In this document: in pieces, positions 1 to 19,738 of the stretch
How positions within the stretch are numbered: the first letter of the stretch is position 1
Layout: the number at the start of each line of letters is the position of its first letter
Made by a program: the position numbers and the translations under genes
DNA from: Calcarisporiella thermophila CBS 279.70
Taxonomy: Eukaryota; Fungi; Calcarisporiellomycota
Length of the DNA: 64,000 bases
NCBI RefSeq assembly: GCF_041956535.1
Contig: NW_027192193.1
Coordinates: 1,107,192-1,171,191, forward strand
Direction: 5' to 3'
Notes under the pieces: model-generated
What the model was told of the DNA's origin: nothing
The model's input: only the letters and a program-made list of their open reading frames with translations
Database searches by the model: none

Positions 1-1292
1 TTGAACTTAGCGAACGCGAAGCCATGCTTAAAGATTCCTCTCTAAGACGACGGAAGGAGGAGGAAGCAGCCGTATTTGCGGAGCAAGCGCGCAGCGAACA
101 AGAAAAGAAATCATCCCAGCAACAGTCGCAGCCTCAGGACTCGACAAACGATTCTCTCCTCTTTGATATCTCCGATTCTCAGCCTGTCCCCTTGAACACA
201 CCATCACATTTCATGATGCCACAGCCCCATAATATTAGCTCTAATTACGGCGTCCCAACCCCACTATCGATCAATACTGCTGGAGGGTACGGACTTAACT
301 CACCCGGCCCCCTGAGCGCTCAACCGTCGCCCTATATTGGTGCTCTTCCTGGACAAAACCAGTTCTCGGCGTCCATTCCCTACACACAGTTCTCTTCCTC
401 CGCTTCGAATAATCCTTTTGCTGTATCAAACAATACGAACAATGGTGGGTTCGCTTCGGGGCAAAATTTCAGCAATATGGGATCAGCTGTGGCTGGCACG
501 AGTGGACAAGGGAATGGCTTCATGCCCTCAATTTCAACTTCCTATGGAGAGGCTGTACCGGGATCCCAAAGCCAGGTAAGATTTCATTCATTTTTCCATT
601 ATTTGAGAATTGGAACTAATGCTTTAGATATACAGCCTTATGGCAATAATACCCTTAGACTGGCCGACAAACGACATGAAAATCTTGCCAATTTGCTGGC
701 CAACAAGGGTGAAGGCGTCGACACTTTTGGGAACGTAGGAAACCTTCGCATTCCTAGGTGAGGGATAACTGCATTCATCGGTTGCCCATTTGAATTTTAT
801 AATGTACTCAAGTAAAAATAGTGGCACTGGTTTCAATTCAAGAATTGCGTCCAAAGAGGATAACATTCATGCTGAGAATCACGCTAATAATCCTTTCAGC
901 CTTTCAGTCGGAACAGGTGCATTTCAGCAGAATAATAGCGCTGGATCGGATTATATGGGAACTTCTAGCGAGTACCAGGGCGTAAGTGTCCATTCGAATG
1001 GGGTGGATTTTTGTAATAACAAATTTTCTGTTATTCGCAGATCACTAGCCCTGCCACTTTACCATCCTCTCACACTCCTTATAGCAGTATGAATCTTAAT
1101 CCTTCGATTGGCTTTGACCAACCGTCTCCTCAGTCCAACAACCCATTTCAGAGTTCCTCTTGGTCGAACAAGGGACTGGACACACCGGCAGATGCACAAG
1201 GAAATCGCCCGCTGGGAATCATGCCCAACTCGCAAAACATTCAAAGCTCGAATATGAGGCAATATGGTGGCACATCTGAGCCATTTTTTTAA
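1..1292 (+). CDS. Epsin (Ent1/Ent2-like) endocytic adaptor, 3' part; introns approx. 576-635, 758-821, 982-1040
   Basis: Several NPF motifs, Q/N/S-rich low complexity, and the fungal epsin signature GVDTFGNVGNLRIP; the ENTH domain lies upstream of the window. Confidence 0.8.
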
Positions 1293-1581
1293 TAGGTTGC
1301 TTAAGTGGCCTATTTTCCATCCCACTTTAATTACTTCCAGCTCGCAATTCCACTATCTGAGCGGGCTTTCTCTACACTCCCCTATTCTCTACATTCCTGG
1401 CCCTCATTATTGTACTAGTCGCGTTAATTGTATATATTCTATTTTTCCTCATTGTTGCCATGAATGAATTACATTCAATTACACCAATAGAATGAAAAGC
1501 CACTTAGAAAAAAAAGAATTCAACGCGCTTATTTACAACCCTGGACTAGTGCGATTCTCTCTCTCTCTTTTTTATTTTAAC

Positions 1582-1959
1582 TTAATGCCGTACTTCAAAA
1601 TCCTCATACTCGAGCTCTTCTATTTCTTTCTCCTCAAATTTAGCATCAGTTACCTCGCTCTTCGGACTGCCTTCGTATCGTAGCCAATGCTTATATTCCT
1701 GTATTTTTTTGTGCTCGCCTTGGGCCACTCCTTCGACGGTGTCCCGAGAGGTATTCCGCACCCAACCCACCAGTTTGTAGCCGCGTGCTTTGCCGACGGC
1801 GTACTTACGGAAGAAAACCCCTAATTTCAGAAATTGGGGATTAACAATGATTAGATGCCGGTGTTGAGCTAACCGAACATTGGCATCACAAAGGGGATTC
1901 GAAGGGATACCTTGGACACGGCCAAAAACTTCAAATTTGAGCGACACGAGCTTTGTCAT
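1582..1959 (-). CDS. Acylphosphatase (intron 1821-1910)
   Basis: Spliced FEVFGRVQG|VFFR, GWVRN and GSPKS motifs. Confidence 0.93.
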   Translation of the reverse strand: MTKLVSLKFEVFGRVQGIPSNPLCDANVRLAQHRHLIIVNPQFLKLGVFFRKYAVGKARGYKLVGWVRNTSRDTVEGVAQGEHKKIQEYKHWLRYEGSPKSEVTDAKFEEKEIEELEYEDFEVRH

Positions 1960-2227
1960 GGAGAGAGAGAACAAAATTGGGCTACAGGTTTGCGACGAGA
2001 CTGCTTTTATGGAATCGATTTTCATTTAGGGTTCAGGAGCTGGGAAGGGAATAATTCTGTATTTTTCACGCTGCATCTATTGTCCAGGTGTAAATATCAT
2101 ATGTACATTGCAAAAGAGACAGCATCTCTCAGACAAAGATGGGTCGGAAAAGGGGGAAAAACCGATGGGTATAGAAAAGGGGAAATAGCGATCTATGGGC
2201 ACGCAATACCAAAGCTCCTCTCGCATA

Positions 2228-2942
2228 TTAGCTTATCAGTCCTCTTGACTTCCAGAAGCTTTTTCCATAAGTGACCAGTAACTCTTCGCCCTTTTTGATC
2301 TTCTCACCTAGCACAAACACACCGATCCGAACGTGTCCCGTCCGCTCATCCAGATAGTTGAGAAATTGGACGTTTGGTTTAGGTCCGCATCCCCGGTAGT
2401 CGTTCACGAAGCGCCCCTCGTTTCCGATCTTTTCTGCGTCGATTGAGAGATTGGGCCCTAGCATAACCATAGCAAATAGAAATAAAAAGCCGTCAACATA
2501 GATGGATGAAAACAGCGTCCGGCAAGGGGAAGGGGGATGTATAATTACCGAATCGCAGTACATAGTCGGAGGTTTTGGAGTAGGAATCCTCATGCTCAAC
2601 TACTCCAATATAATCGAGTACAAATGATTTAGGCGGAAGAACGGTAGTCGCAAACAGGCCATAAGCGCCCTGACAAGGATGCTGGGGGTCAGTAATCTGG
2701 CGGATGCGTACTCTCTTCCTGGTTTGTTTCGTGTCGATACATCCGGCCACCTCACTACTACGAATGTTCACGTTCCGGGCAAAGAAGTCATTACGGTCCA
2801 GCGGCGATTTCATGGGCAGTGTGTATAGATCCTGGAGAGATTTCGGGACCGCTTTAGACCAAACCAGGCGAGACGTGTAAACGACCCCTTGGGGCCAGCC
2901 CGGAGGAGGATCCTCGCGTTTGTCGTTCAAATAGTTTGACAT
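2228..2942 (-). CDS. Small SET-domain protein (putative lysine methyltransferase), one intron approx. 2458-2546
   Basis: GAYGLFA, IDAEKIGNEGRFVNDYRG..PN and GEELLVTYG SET motifs; no post-SET cysteines. Confidence 0.85.
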
Positions 2943-3395
2943 GGCGGCATCCACATTTCACGGGTTTAGCGACGAATGAACATGGACAAAAATAAATAGA
3001 CCATGTGGCTCGTGTGACTGCGTATAGTGAGTGGAGGCCGATTGAGAGATCGCCCTAGTTAGATACTTTTTCTAGACCGAATTCTTGCTTCGAACAATGC
3101 AGGGGAGATAAGCGTTGAAACAAAGCAAGAGGGCCAATTTTTGGACTCTAGTTTGCAAAAGAGGCGGGAAAAGCTTCTTGTTCTAAAACTTTGGGCATTG
3201 CTGCTCCATCATTCACCCGCGCCTTTTGCATTAAACTTGTTCTTTCAAGGCATTTCAAACTTAAAGTAATCCACCGTTTCGGAATAGAGTTTTCACTCTC
3301 AGTCAAAGGAACGCTCTTGAAATAAAAGAAAAAAAAGCACCCCCTAGCTTCCATATAAATAGTGTATCATTCTCAGAGCATCGCCATTCTCCACC

Positions 3396-5035
3396 ATGAT
3401 GTCCTCCATTAGCAAAACCTTTCGGCGTAGCAAGAAAAGCCGCAAAAATAAAGAGGGGAAGGGAGAGCTCTCGAAAACCTTCGCCGACGCAGCGAAACAG
3501 CCTCAAGCGCCCGAGGTGGGGACTGCCATGAACGGAGTGGGCGAGCGGGGCCAGCTCTTGGACGGGTCTGTTCCTCAGCAGGCCCCGAACGCCCGGCCCA
3601 ATGGGGTTCCCAACGCGTTCCCAGATGCTTCGCCCAAAAAACAGGGCGACTCGAAGGGAAAAGGAGACGGGGCGGAGCGGCGCCGTTCCAGCGATAAGAA
3701 GCGGTCCCTTGTCAACCACTCTAGAGAGACGGAGCAGGCTGCGAAGGAAAGGAGACAGAGCGAAGGGAGGGGTAGGGAACAGCCAAGTTTGAGTCTCCAA
3801 GTGTTTTATTTAAAGTAGGCCATCTGACCAGTTTTCCCTTCTCTTCTCCCCACTAACAGAGGCAAACCACCATCAGCACAAGTCGTTCGCCAGCGCAGCA
3901 GCCTCCAACCTGGAGTCGCTTCCTCCCGCCCCCTGCCCAAAGCCAATCGAGCGGCCTCTCGAATCCGAATCTCCAGCACCTCAGCGTATCAATGGTATGA
4001 CGCCGGAGAAATATGAATCCATTCAATACGAGAGAAACCAAAAGGAGGTCGTGCTTGATCGCCGCCCGAGGAAAGTGAGCGTGGGAGACTTCCTCCAAGA
4101 AGAGAGAACGACTAGCAACGGAACCGAGGGCGCTAAACCCAACATTCTCCATAAGCACTTGGCCTACTTCGACAGGGATGGCGATGGAAAATTCACCATC
4201 TATGACACCTATAGGTGTAAGTGCCTTAATACTCCACATTCCCGTCCATCCTGTCCCTCACTGTCTATATATTGGGTATAGCACTTCGGGCACTGGGAGC
4301 CAACTTCATGCTCGCGGCCCCGGCAGCCCTTCTTCTCCATGTACGATATTCTCCCCCAACCGCTCCATGGTACCTACTCAGCTATCTTAATCCTTGGCGC
4401 CTCATCACCCTGCCAATCTATGTGAAATATCTCAACAGCAACCATATCACCCACTCGCAAGCCAATGGGTCGCACGCGAATAATCACACGCACAAAAATG
4501 GTACGAGCTTCCACCCCTCCTCCCAGCAACAACGTCGTCGTTCGTCCCATGGGAAAGCTAGGCATGACGCTGATGTGGAGCATCACGTAAGAGAGGTGCT
4601 ACGAAGATATGGAACCACGCTGACGGTGGGCGAGGGCAGGTCGCGAACGACGATCCGCGGAGTCACCTTTATGAATGGGTTACAGATGATCAGCGAGCAC
4701 TGTAAGTGGTGGGATATCTCGGGAATGTGAGTACCCATGTTTCTCTTCCACTCTTTCTTTCTTTTTTTTTTTGCATCGTTTCCTCAAATAACTAAAAGAA
4801 AACCATTGGGATCTCTGTTATGAATAGATTCACATCCAAGTTCATGTGGATCCTCACTTATTGGTTACTCCACGATCATGCCTCAGGCCTAGTGACCGAC
4901 GAGGCTCTCCGCTCTTGCATCGACGGGAGCCTCTTCTATCGGATGGAGGCGGAGCGCCAAAAGAACACTAAGCAGGGGAGGAGAAAATCCATCCTACAGC
5001 CAGAGAGGGTAGAGGTTCAAGGCGGCGTCCACTGA
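3396..5035 (+). CDS. Caleosin-like EF-hand protein with long charged N-terminal extension (4 exons)
   Basis: LHKHLAYFDRDGDGKFTIYDTYR|ALRALGAN, a hydrophobic Pro-rich hairpin, and C-terminal LRSCIDGSLFYRM match the caleosin family. Confidence 0.8.
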
Positions 5036-7217
5036 ATGCTCTGGGGTTGCTCGGCCGCGATCTGTTAGATAGCTGTCGAATCCCGAGTACGAGATTCGTT
5101 AACGCACTGTATTTTATGTATTTTTTGTGTATTGAATGATTGTTATTGACCCATGAAGCATGGGATGGAAATGAAGTGTCTTGATCCAACTGCACTGTGT
5201 GCATTTTCGTCATCCTCAACTCAACCGACTTTTAATATTTCCCATTCTATCGTGGGAGACTTTTCAGTCATACGGAAGGTCTGAATGAACCTTGTCGCAC
5301 TGAGGAAATTCAAGAATTTGGTTCATAGAATAACTCCATACTTCAGTAAACTAGTGCATATTAAGTGGATGGATAACCGCTACTTTTCAATCCCCCGTCG
5401 GGGGTTTCTACTGGCCTCCTCATCCACCACAAGGTTTATTTTGTTCGCATTACAATTTTAGATTCTTCTGCCTGGAAATTCCTAAAATAATAATGAGAAA
5501 ACTCTAAAGCTAAGGGCTAGCTTGCTAAGGTGTGCCCATCATATCTGACATCTCAGACTGGATCCGGATGGAATTGGGCTGATTCGAATTGGCTCTCACC
5601 ACCATCTTTGACCGTGCCATACTGCTTCCGTACTGAGGAGACATTAAGCAAGATCGCCTGATGCCCTATCGCACCCACTAGATTATCTGGGCTAGAATCG
5701 CCCCTTCAAACCGCCACGTTTCTCATGCTGCGGGGCCTTGCGCGTCGTTACGTACGCACCATCGGTAGATCGGATGAGGCGCAAGCGGCCAGGATACCGT
5801 CCCATGGCCAGCAGAAAACTTAACCGAAGCTTAGGCCGCAGACACATTAGGCGGCCGTTATTGTCCACCAAAAATGATCTCTGCCTCCGGCCTATGAGCA
5901 GACTGAATCGTGAGAATATGGCTCCTCACTCGATTGTTTCCAACACCGGTCCCGAGCAATACCCCCATTGCGAATTCTGTCTTTGAAACGGCGCATTGCT
6001 TGTTACTGATCATGCGCTAAATATCTAGTGGTGGGGAGTTTTGGCGGAGTCTGCCGATAAGGCCTGCCGAGCTGAGGAGAAGCCATGAGTTGAGTTGGAG
6101 GCATTGTCAGCATACAAGGTTAGGCCACGGCCCCATCCTATTGAGGCCACCCGTCTCCTCCCTCACCCCACCCCGGCTGCCGTGGGGTAGAGCCACAACG
6201 TGCCCTCTGAATTCTAACCATATCTTTAGCCCGGATCCGACGAATGCGAGAATTTATTTCCATGCGGGGTTTCTTTTAGACGAATCAGTAAGCTTAAGGC
6301 CAAGGGTTGACTAATTTGGAAAATTCGCAAACCTAGTGTTCTGAGATGCGGATGCATCAGCGAAGAATCCACGCGCGGGATTGGCCGACAGCAGTTCTAT
6401 TTCTGTCTCCACGCCTTAAGACCATATTAACAGCCTGTTATGGCGTCGTCAGCTAAGAAAAAGAGCGCGATACAGCGGCCATGGAGCTGAGCGCATGGGC
6501 AGGTGGAATCGGTCCCATCCATCCGACTGGCCCCCCGGCCAAAAGGCGCTGAGCGCGGCGCACAGGGCCGCGATGGACGAGCACCCCGGTTAAGCTCTGG
6601 GTGGAGACTCTATTTGGCGCGTATAGCCAGCCAGAGCCATCTCGCTCGCAGCCGAGCAGAGGCGACGGGTTTGGGAAAAGAAACTTCGGGAACGTCGGGC
6701 TGGAGCTTGTGCCCAACTCCGTCACCCTCCCACAGCGGGCGATTGTCCCCACGATATGCACGATTCGAGGCGAGCCAGCCTGTGCTTGTGCCATCGCATC
6801 GGCGCCATATATGGCTTATTTCGGGTTGAGCGACGGGCGTTCGGTCATGGCCGAGCGGTTTGCATCAGGAAACAGCAAGTCTGCAGCGGGGGTGATTGGC
6901 GGAACACAAAATCGCAACAATAAGCGTGGCCGTTGTGGTGCGGTACCAAGGGTTTCGAATTGAACACAAGAGCTTTTTCTCTCTTCTCGGCTTTCCGGGC
7001 AAAATCCTCTACGGACTTCCTTTTTTGGCGGCTGCGGACTTGGACGACTCAGGTCAAGCACCGAATCCGAGATTTCTTATAAAAGTTCAGCTGGAGAGCT
7101 TCTGGGTCGAGGATGAACTCTCGCGAATTTCCCGTTTAATCTTGTTTCCCCAGGCCCGCTCCCCCGCCCTAAAAAGAGCATCTCTTCCCCTTGTTTGCAC
7201 CCCCCCCCCCCGCCGCG

Positions 7218-8283
7218 ATGTTCATGCAACTCCATTACCCCGATAGCGACTTGGTGATGCCGCGTCCGCCCGAGTCAACATGGGAGCCAGAACCCGAGTC
7301 CTTTGCTAGCGCTCTCACAGAGGCCTTACCCAAAGACGCCTCCGCGCTGAACCACCAGTATAGCATCTCCCCTGCTCTTAGCTTCGAAGATGTCTCATTT
7401 TCATCTGACATTGCAAGCTTGTCATTTAATATGGAGTTGGGCCCTTGTCCGCAGTCACTACAGGAGAACCCCTATCCAAGCCCACCCCTGAATTCCCATC
7501 GCTTGGAATTCCCTAAACATCAAGTCCCACTTCCGGAGCCTTCATCATGTGGGGACTTCAATCCCTCTTTTTTGCCCTACTTTTCCGAGCTCGAGGCATT
7601 GGCAATGACGGAAATGCCATTGAATTCTGAGCTATTCTCCATGCCTCCCACCTCTTCCCTATACGAACCCAAGCTTGGGTGCATGGGCGACGGTCTGAAT
7701 TTTGGGTGGCCGATAGACCAGGCCGAAAGAGAGGGTGACTTAAGTCGGTCCGTCGCGGGAGAGCGAGGAATCGAGTCACAGGATGAGAGAGAAGAAAGGA
7801 CTAGGGTAAAAGCGACCGAATTCTTTCAAACTGTGAGCATCCGATCGGATGGCCATAATACAAAGACAGCGGGAGGCGGGAGGATACACACCAGGCGAAG
7901 AAGAATCGCCCAGGAAAGCTTTCGCTGCGAATTCCCAGGGTGTGGCAAAGTATTTACTCGCCCATACAACCTGAAATCCCATCAACGCACGCACACCAGC
8001 GACCGGCCCTTCATATGCCCCTTCCCTGGCTGTGAAAAAGCCTTCGCTCGGCAACATGACCGGAATCGCCATGCGAAGCTACACCTTGGGATCAAACCCT
8101 ACGTGTGCCCCACCTGCATGAAGGTACAGTAAGCGCGACTGCAAGCGTGTAGTTCCCATATTCCATATAGTAATGCGTTGTAATCTTATATTCTAGGCTT
8201 TCGCACGCCAGGACGCATTATCAAGGCATCAAAAGGTGGAAAACAGCCCTTGTACTCTTGCAGCACTAGCGGCTGGTCTATAG
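7218..8283 (+). CDS. C2H2 zinc-finger transcription factor with Crz1-type fingers (intron approx. 8124-8196)
   Basis: [24 protein letters not shown] and [10 protein letters not shown] recognition helices resemble Crz1/CrzA. Confidence 0.85.
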
Positions 8284-9552
8284 ATTGCTTTAGTTATTTG
8301 TATGTTGCATTCTTCCATTTTCTCAATGTTTCTTTGTTAAATTTGCTGGCATCGCACCTTCTTTCTCCCTCTACTCAAAGATTTTAATGGATTGTTATTA
8401 CTATATAGTTTCTATTCCTTTAAGTTTTCCACTTCTTTTATTTTTTTATTTATATATACCATGTACTTGTATTCGTTCATGCCGTTCTATATATACCACC
8501 TGTTCCCATCCATTCTATTAAGATGTATAGTGAGGCGAATAGAAAATTGGAATTATCAAGTAGATTGCAGCCTAACGTTACATAGATGGAACCTCGTGGG
8601 GCAGTGCCACGGATGGACCATGTCTTGCACCGAACACGTGGGAGGCTTCCCTCTTTGGCGGAAAAGAGAGAGGTCAATGATGCTAGTAGGACTCATCCCA
8701 TCCCAACGGCTTAACCTGAATATTCCAAGCACTTTCTTTTACATATAATGAATGCCCTGCATGCTGTCGAAGATGACTGGCGGATAGCCGCTGAGAAGGT
8801 GACTGCATATGCAGGTCCTTTAAAGAGGGCAGGTGGAGGGGGGGGGGGGGAAGGATGAACACCATTTCAGGTAAGGGCACCTGGGTCATCCTGACCCTTG
8901 AATGGGGACAAAAGATGGCGGGAGAGGACGTGCATTCATTTGTGCTTACATTCAGGCCGATCACCACGATGTATTGGCCAAGTATAGATAGACGGCCTCT
9001 TTCGGCCTGGAGTCCGTTCTTGCGGGGGAGTAGCCAGAGGACCCAGAGACATTGTCAATGCTGTACCTCCGTTTAGTTTCAATCTACTCTCCTTGCGGCG
9101 GTGGGGCTCCTCTCAAGTGTTTGTGGGGTTGACGAGGCCGTCCTCTGTGGATTCCCTAAACAAGGCGATTCGTATTTCCCAATGGGGCCGAATCTCATCG
9201 CACTCTAATTCGAGTAGCCTCTTTTTGATTTAATGAAGACCAAAATCGGACGAAATGAAAATACAATGCTGAAAAATGCGGGGGACGATCTTCACCTTCC
9301 TCGCCCCTCTTTGGAAGCCTACAAACACTTTAAAAACCTGGAAGCGAGGCAAGAAATATAAAAAAATCCGCGCGGGACTTTTTTTTTCTAGCTATTTTGT
9401 CTCTGTTCTTCTCTCTAAGAATTTTTTTCCCTTCTTCTTGTCCCCAGTCCGTTCCTTTTGCGTGTTTTTTTTCTTGCTTACTCTTCTCCCACCGCTGTTT
9501 GCTCTGAATACAACTGCTGTACTTGTTTAGTAGCTGAACATAAACAACAAGA

Positions 9553-10446
9553 ATGGTCTTTGGCTACGACACAAAACCTCTTGTCTCCAAGATTCATCCC
9601 GCCTCCAACATCTCTCTTACCCAGCGCATTAAACGAGTCCAGTTTCTTGAATCTCTTCTCCGCGTTAGCCGCTGTCTCCGGGTCTGTGAGCTCCTCGTCT
9701 CCACCGTGGTGTTAGTGACGTCGTTCTACCTCTCTTTCCAAACCACCCAGCCCGCCATCTACATCTCCGCCGGATCCTCCCTCCTCACAGTTGTGTTGCT
9801 CTTGTTTCTCCAGCTAGTCCGCGTGCTGTATGTACGTTCCATTGTGGTGTCCACCGCAGTGGCTAGGAATTTCGTGTTTTCACGAACCGAGTTGCTCGTG
9901 ACGGCTACCCTCACCATCGTATGGACGCTGGTGGCTGCAAGCATGACGGCCTACATGGTTGGGAACAAATTCCTCTGCACGGCAACAGACGGTACGTGCA
10001 CGCTCACATCCTTGACGACGGCAATCTCATGGGTCGAATGTCTCCTATCCCTTGCTTCCTGCTGGCTCGTGGCTCGCCTTTGGGCGGAGGACGCCCGCAC
10101 TTACATTCTCCGTGGGGATCTCTTTCCACCGCTTCCCCAGTCGTTCGACGAGATCCTCTCGTATTATACTGAGCCGAAGAAACGAGAAGTGCCCAGTCTG
10201 ATATTACCCCACGACATGATCAACATCACCGCCCCGCCCCCGTACCGCTCCCGCACACCCTCGCCCATTTTCCCGTCCTCTGTCTACTCCACACCATCGC
10301 GGACATCTTCTCAGTCCGAGTTGAGCTCATATAATCCAATGCGAATCGAATGCGATACTCCGTTGGCACGGCAACTTCCCGCTTATCTTCCAGAGATTGG
10401 TCATATGCGGCTCTCAATTGATTTGGATTTTAATCAGAGAGTCTAA
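9553..10446 (+). CDS. Four-TM (MARVEL-like) membrane protein with Ser/Pro-rich tail
   Basis: Four hydrophobic segments, a Cys pair in the last loop, PPPY and LPAY motifs in the tail; intronless ORF. Confidence 0.6.
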   Translation: MVFGYDTKPLVSKIHPASNISLTQRIKRVQFLESLLRVSRCLRVCELLVSTVVLVTSFYLSFQTTQPAIYISAGSSLLTVVLLLFLQLVRVLYVRSIVVSTAVARNFVFSRTELLVTATLTIVWTLVAASMTAYMVGNKFLCTATDGTCTLTSLTTAISWVECLLSLASCWLVARLWAEDARTYILRGDLFPPLPQSFDEILSYYTEPKKREVPSLILPHDMINITAPPPYRSRTPSPIFPSSVYSTPSRTSSQSELSSYNPMRIECDTPLARQLPAYLPEIGHMRLSIDLDFNQRV

Positions 10447-10937
10447 CGAGGAAGCGTTCAAGCATTGCATTTTCTGTTCCTTTCCCTCTCCGCGCACTTT
10501 ATCACTGATTTCTTTATCTCCCTTTTAATGTTGTTTGTATTTCTTGATTGCCTTTTTTTTGTTAACTTTTTTTGCTACCCAATTAATTGATTTGCATTGC
10601 TAGTTTTGTTGTCTTTTTTTTCTATTCTTTTCTTGCTTTCACTTCGATTTTGCATGTTGTTTCCACTATCTAAGCCATGATCATATTTAACAATAACCAC
10701 TTCTCGTCATCTCTTCCGGTTCCCATGTCTTATCTCTCCCACTTCCGCTGACCACCATTGGAGGAGGAGGTCAATCCTCCACCCTAATACACGTTCTGTA
10801 TATTCTAGTGAAACATTTACACAAAACAGAAAATAAAGCGAACAAGAAAAAGAAACAAGAGTGGCAACTAGTTACAAATAAGGTAGAAAAAGGAAAGTGA
10901 ACAGTATCAACAGCAGGTAACAAAACCCGATTCCAGC

Positions 10938-18094
<7,157 letters not shown>

Positions 18095-18366
18095 GATGCT
18101 AAGAACATGCAATTTCGATGTGAATCTGAAATAATATAGATCAGGTGGTAACAATGATTATCTGGCGTTATTTGGCCACCGCAGTCTTTTTTTTTTTTCA
18201 ACTGCTCTTCAAATATCTTTATCATATTTTTATTCGGGTTCACAGTGAGAGTTCGTTAGACTATTTATTCTACGCTATATTACTACCACTCTGTATCATA
18301 CTTTACTTTATTTTTTTGCTAGTATCTTATATTTAATGTTTTCCTGTTCTTCTTTTACTCATACTT

Positions 18367-18427
18367 TTACGTAACGTGTTATTAATCTGACTCATATATA
18401 TTCATGTTGTATGCTCAGGGTATAAAT
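18367..18427 (+). promoter_or_regulatory. bZIP sites (TTACGTAA 18367-18374; Gcn4/AP-1-type TGACTCA 18388-18394) and TATA box (18421-18427) in the BEACH/GLY1 divergent promoter
   Basis: Exact consensus matches upstream of an amino-acid metabolic gene. Confidence 0.5.
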
Positions 18428-19738
18428 ATCTCTAAGAGTTATTGCCGGGTTCCTTTTCTTCGTACTCTAAAACTATATTCACTTCGAACCATGTCGCACA
18501 CCAGCTCGGCTCGACCTCATATCTATGGGGCTGATAAAAAACCCGACGATAAAATAAGTGAAGGAATCTACGACTTCAGGAGCGACACTCGTAAATTTCA
18601 TTTCGGTGTTGAAGTTTTATAAAATGGTTCTAATTTCGCTGTATTTTGGTAATCAGTCACGAAGCCAACCGATGAAATGTTCGAAGCTATGCGCAATGCC
18701 TCACGTGGGGATGATGTTTATGGAGTAATTGCACTATATTTCGCTCTCTAACAACTTTTAGTAATCAGCCTATTTTCTCTCCCTACCTCTTTCTTCCTAT
18801 AGGAAGACAAGACTACTAATGATTTCGAACAACATATTGCAAAACTGTGCGGCCATGAAGCAGCGCTCCTCTGTCTTAGCTGCACTCTTGCTAACCAGCT
18901 TGCACTCCGTGCACACCTCCACCAGCCCCCTCACTCAGTCCTCTGTGATCGTCGCTCACACGTATTCAACTACGAAGCGGGAGGGATGTCTTCTCACTCG
19001 CAGGCAATCGCCTTGCCCGTTCAACCCAGTGGAAACTTCCTGACGGCAAAAGAGGTGGAGGAGAATTTGATCCTGGGGGATGACTTCCATGTGGCACCTA
19101 CGCGGGTCGTGTGCTTGGAAAATACCCTCAATGGGATGGTTCATCCCTTCGAAGGGCTTGAGGAGATCTCCAAAGTGGTGCACAAACATGGGATTCGCCT
19201 TCATCTGGATGGAGCGCGCCTTTGGAACGCTTCTACCGCAACCTCCATTCCACTCTCCCAGTATTGCAAACTCTTTGACTCTGTTTCACTCTGCTTCTCA
19301 AAGGGACTAGGAGCTCCATTTGGTGCAGTTTTGGTAGGGAACCAAGAGTTCATCAAGAAAGCCCGACATCTCCGCAAAGTATTTGGAGGAGCGTGGAGGC
19401 AATCCGGTCTAGTCGCTGGAGCAGCTTGGTATTGCCTTAACAATATGCTGCCAAAACTCGAGCGCACCCATCAGCTAGCGGCTCAACTGGCTCATGGATT
19501 GGAAAAACTCGGGGTGCAGCTCACTCTCCCCGTTGATACTAACATGGTCTGGATAGATGTAAAGGATGCAGCGTTTTCAATCGAGGAGTTACAAAAGGCT
19601 TTATTAGAGAATGGAATCAAGATAGAGGGGTGGGGGACTGCGGCGCGATTAGTGGTGCATTACCAGATCTCAGAGGATGCGGTTCAACAATTTTTGGCAG
19701 TTGCCGAGCAATTGGCACAGGAGAAAAAGAAACTTTAA
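18404..19738 (+). CDS. GLY1: Low-specificity L-threonine aldolase (in-frame ATGs at 18404 and 18491; two introns)
   Basis: DFRSDT.TKPT, GDDVYGED, HLDGARLWNA and SLCFSKGLGAP (PLP lysine). Confidence 0.93.

Noticed and set aside
1821-1910. Acylphosphatase intron donor GTATCCCTT as U12-type
   Set aside because: Imperfect donor and a U2-like CTAAT branch site; no CCTTAAC
5738-7061. Several 70-120 aa ORFs upstream of the zinc-finger gene
   Set aside because: Overlapping, no recognisable domains, and expected by chance in GC-rich DNA
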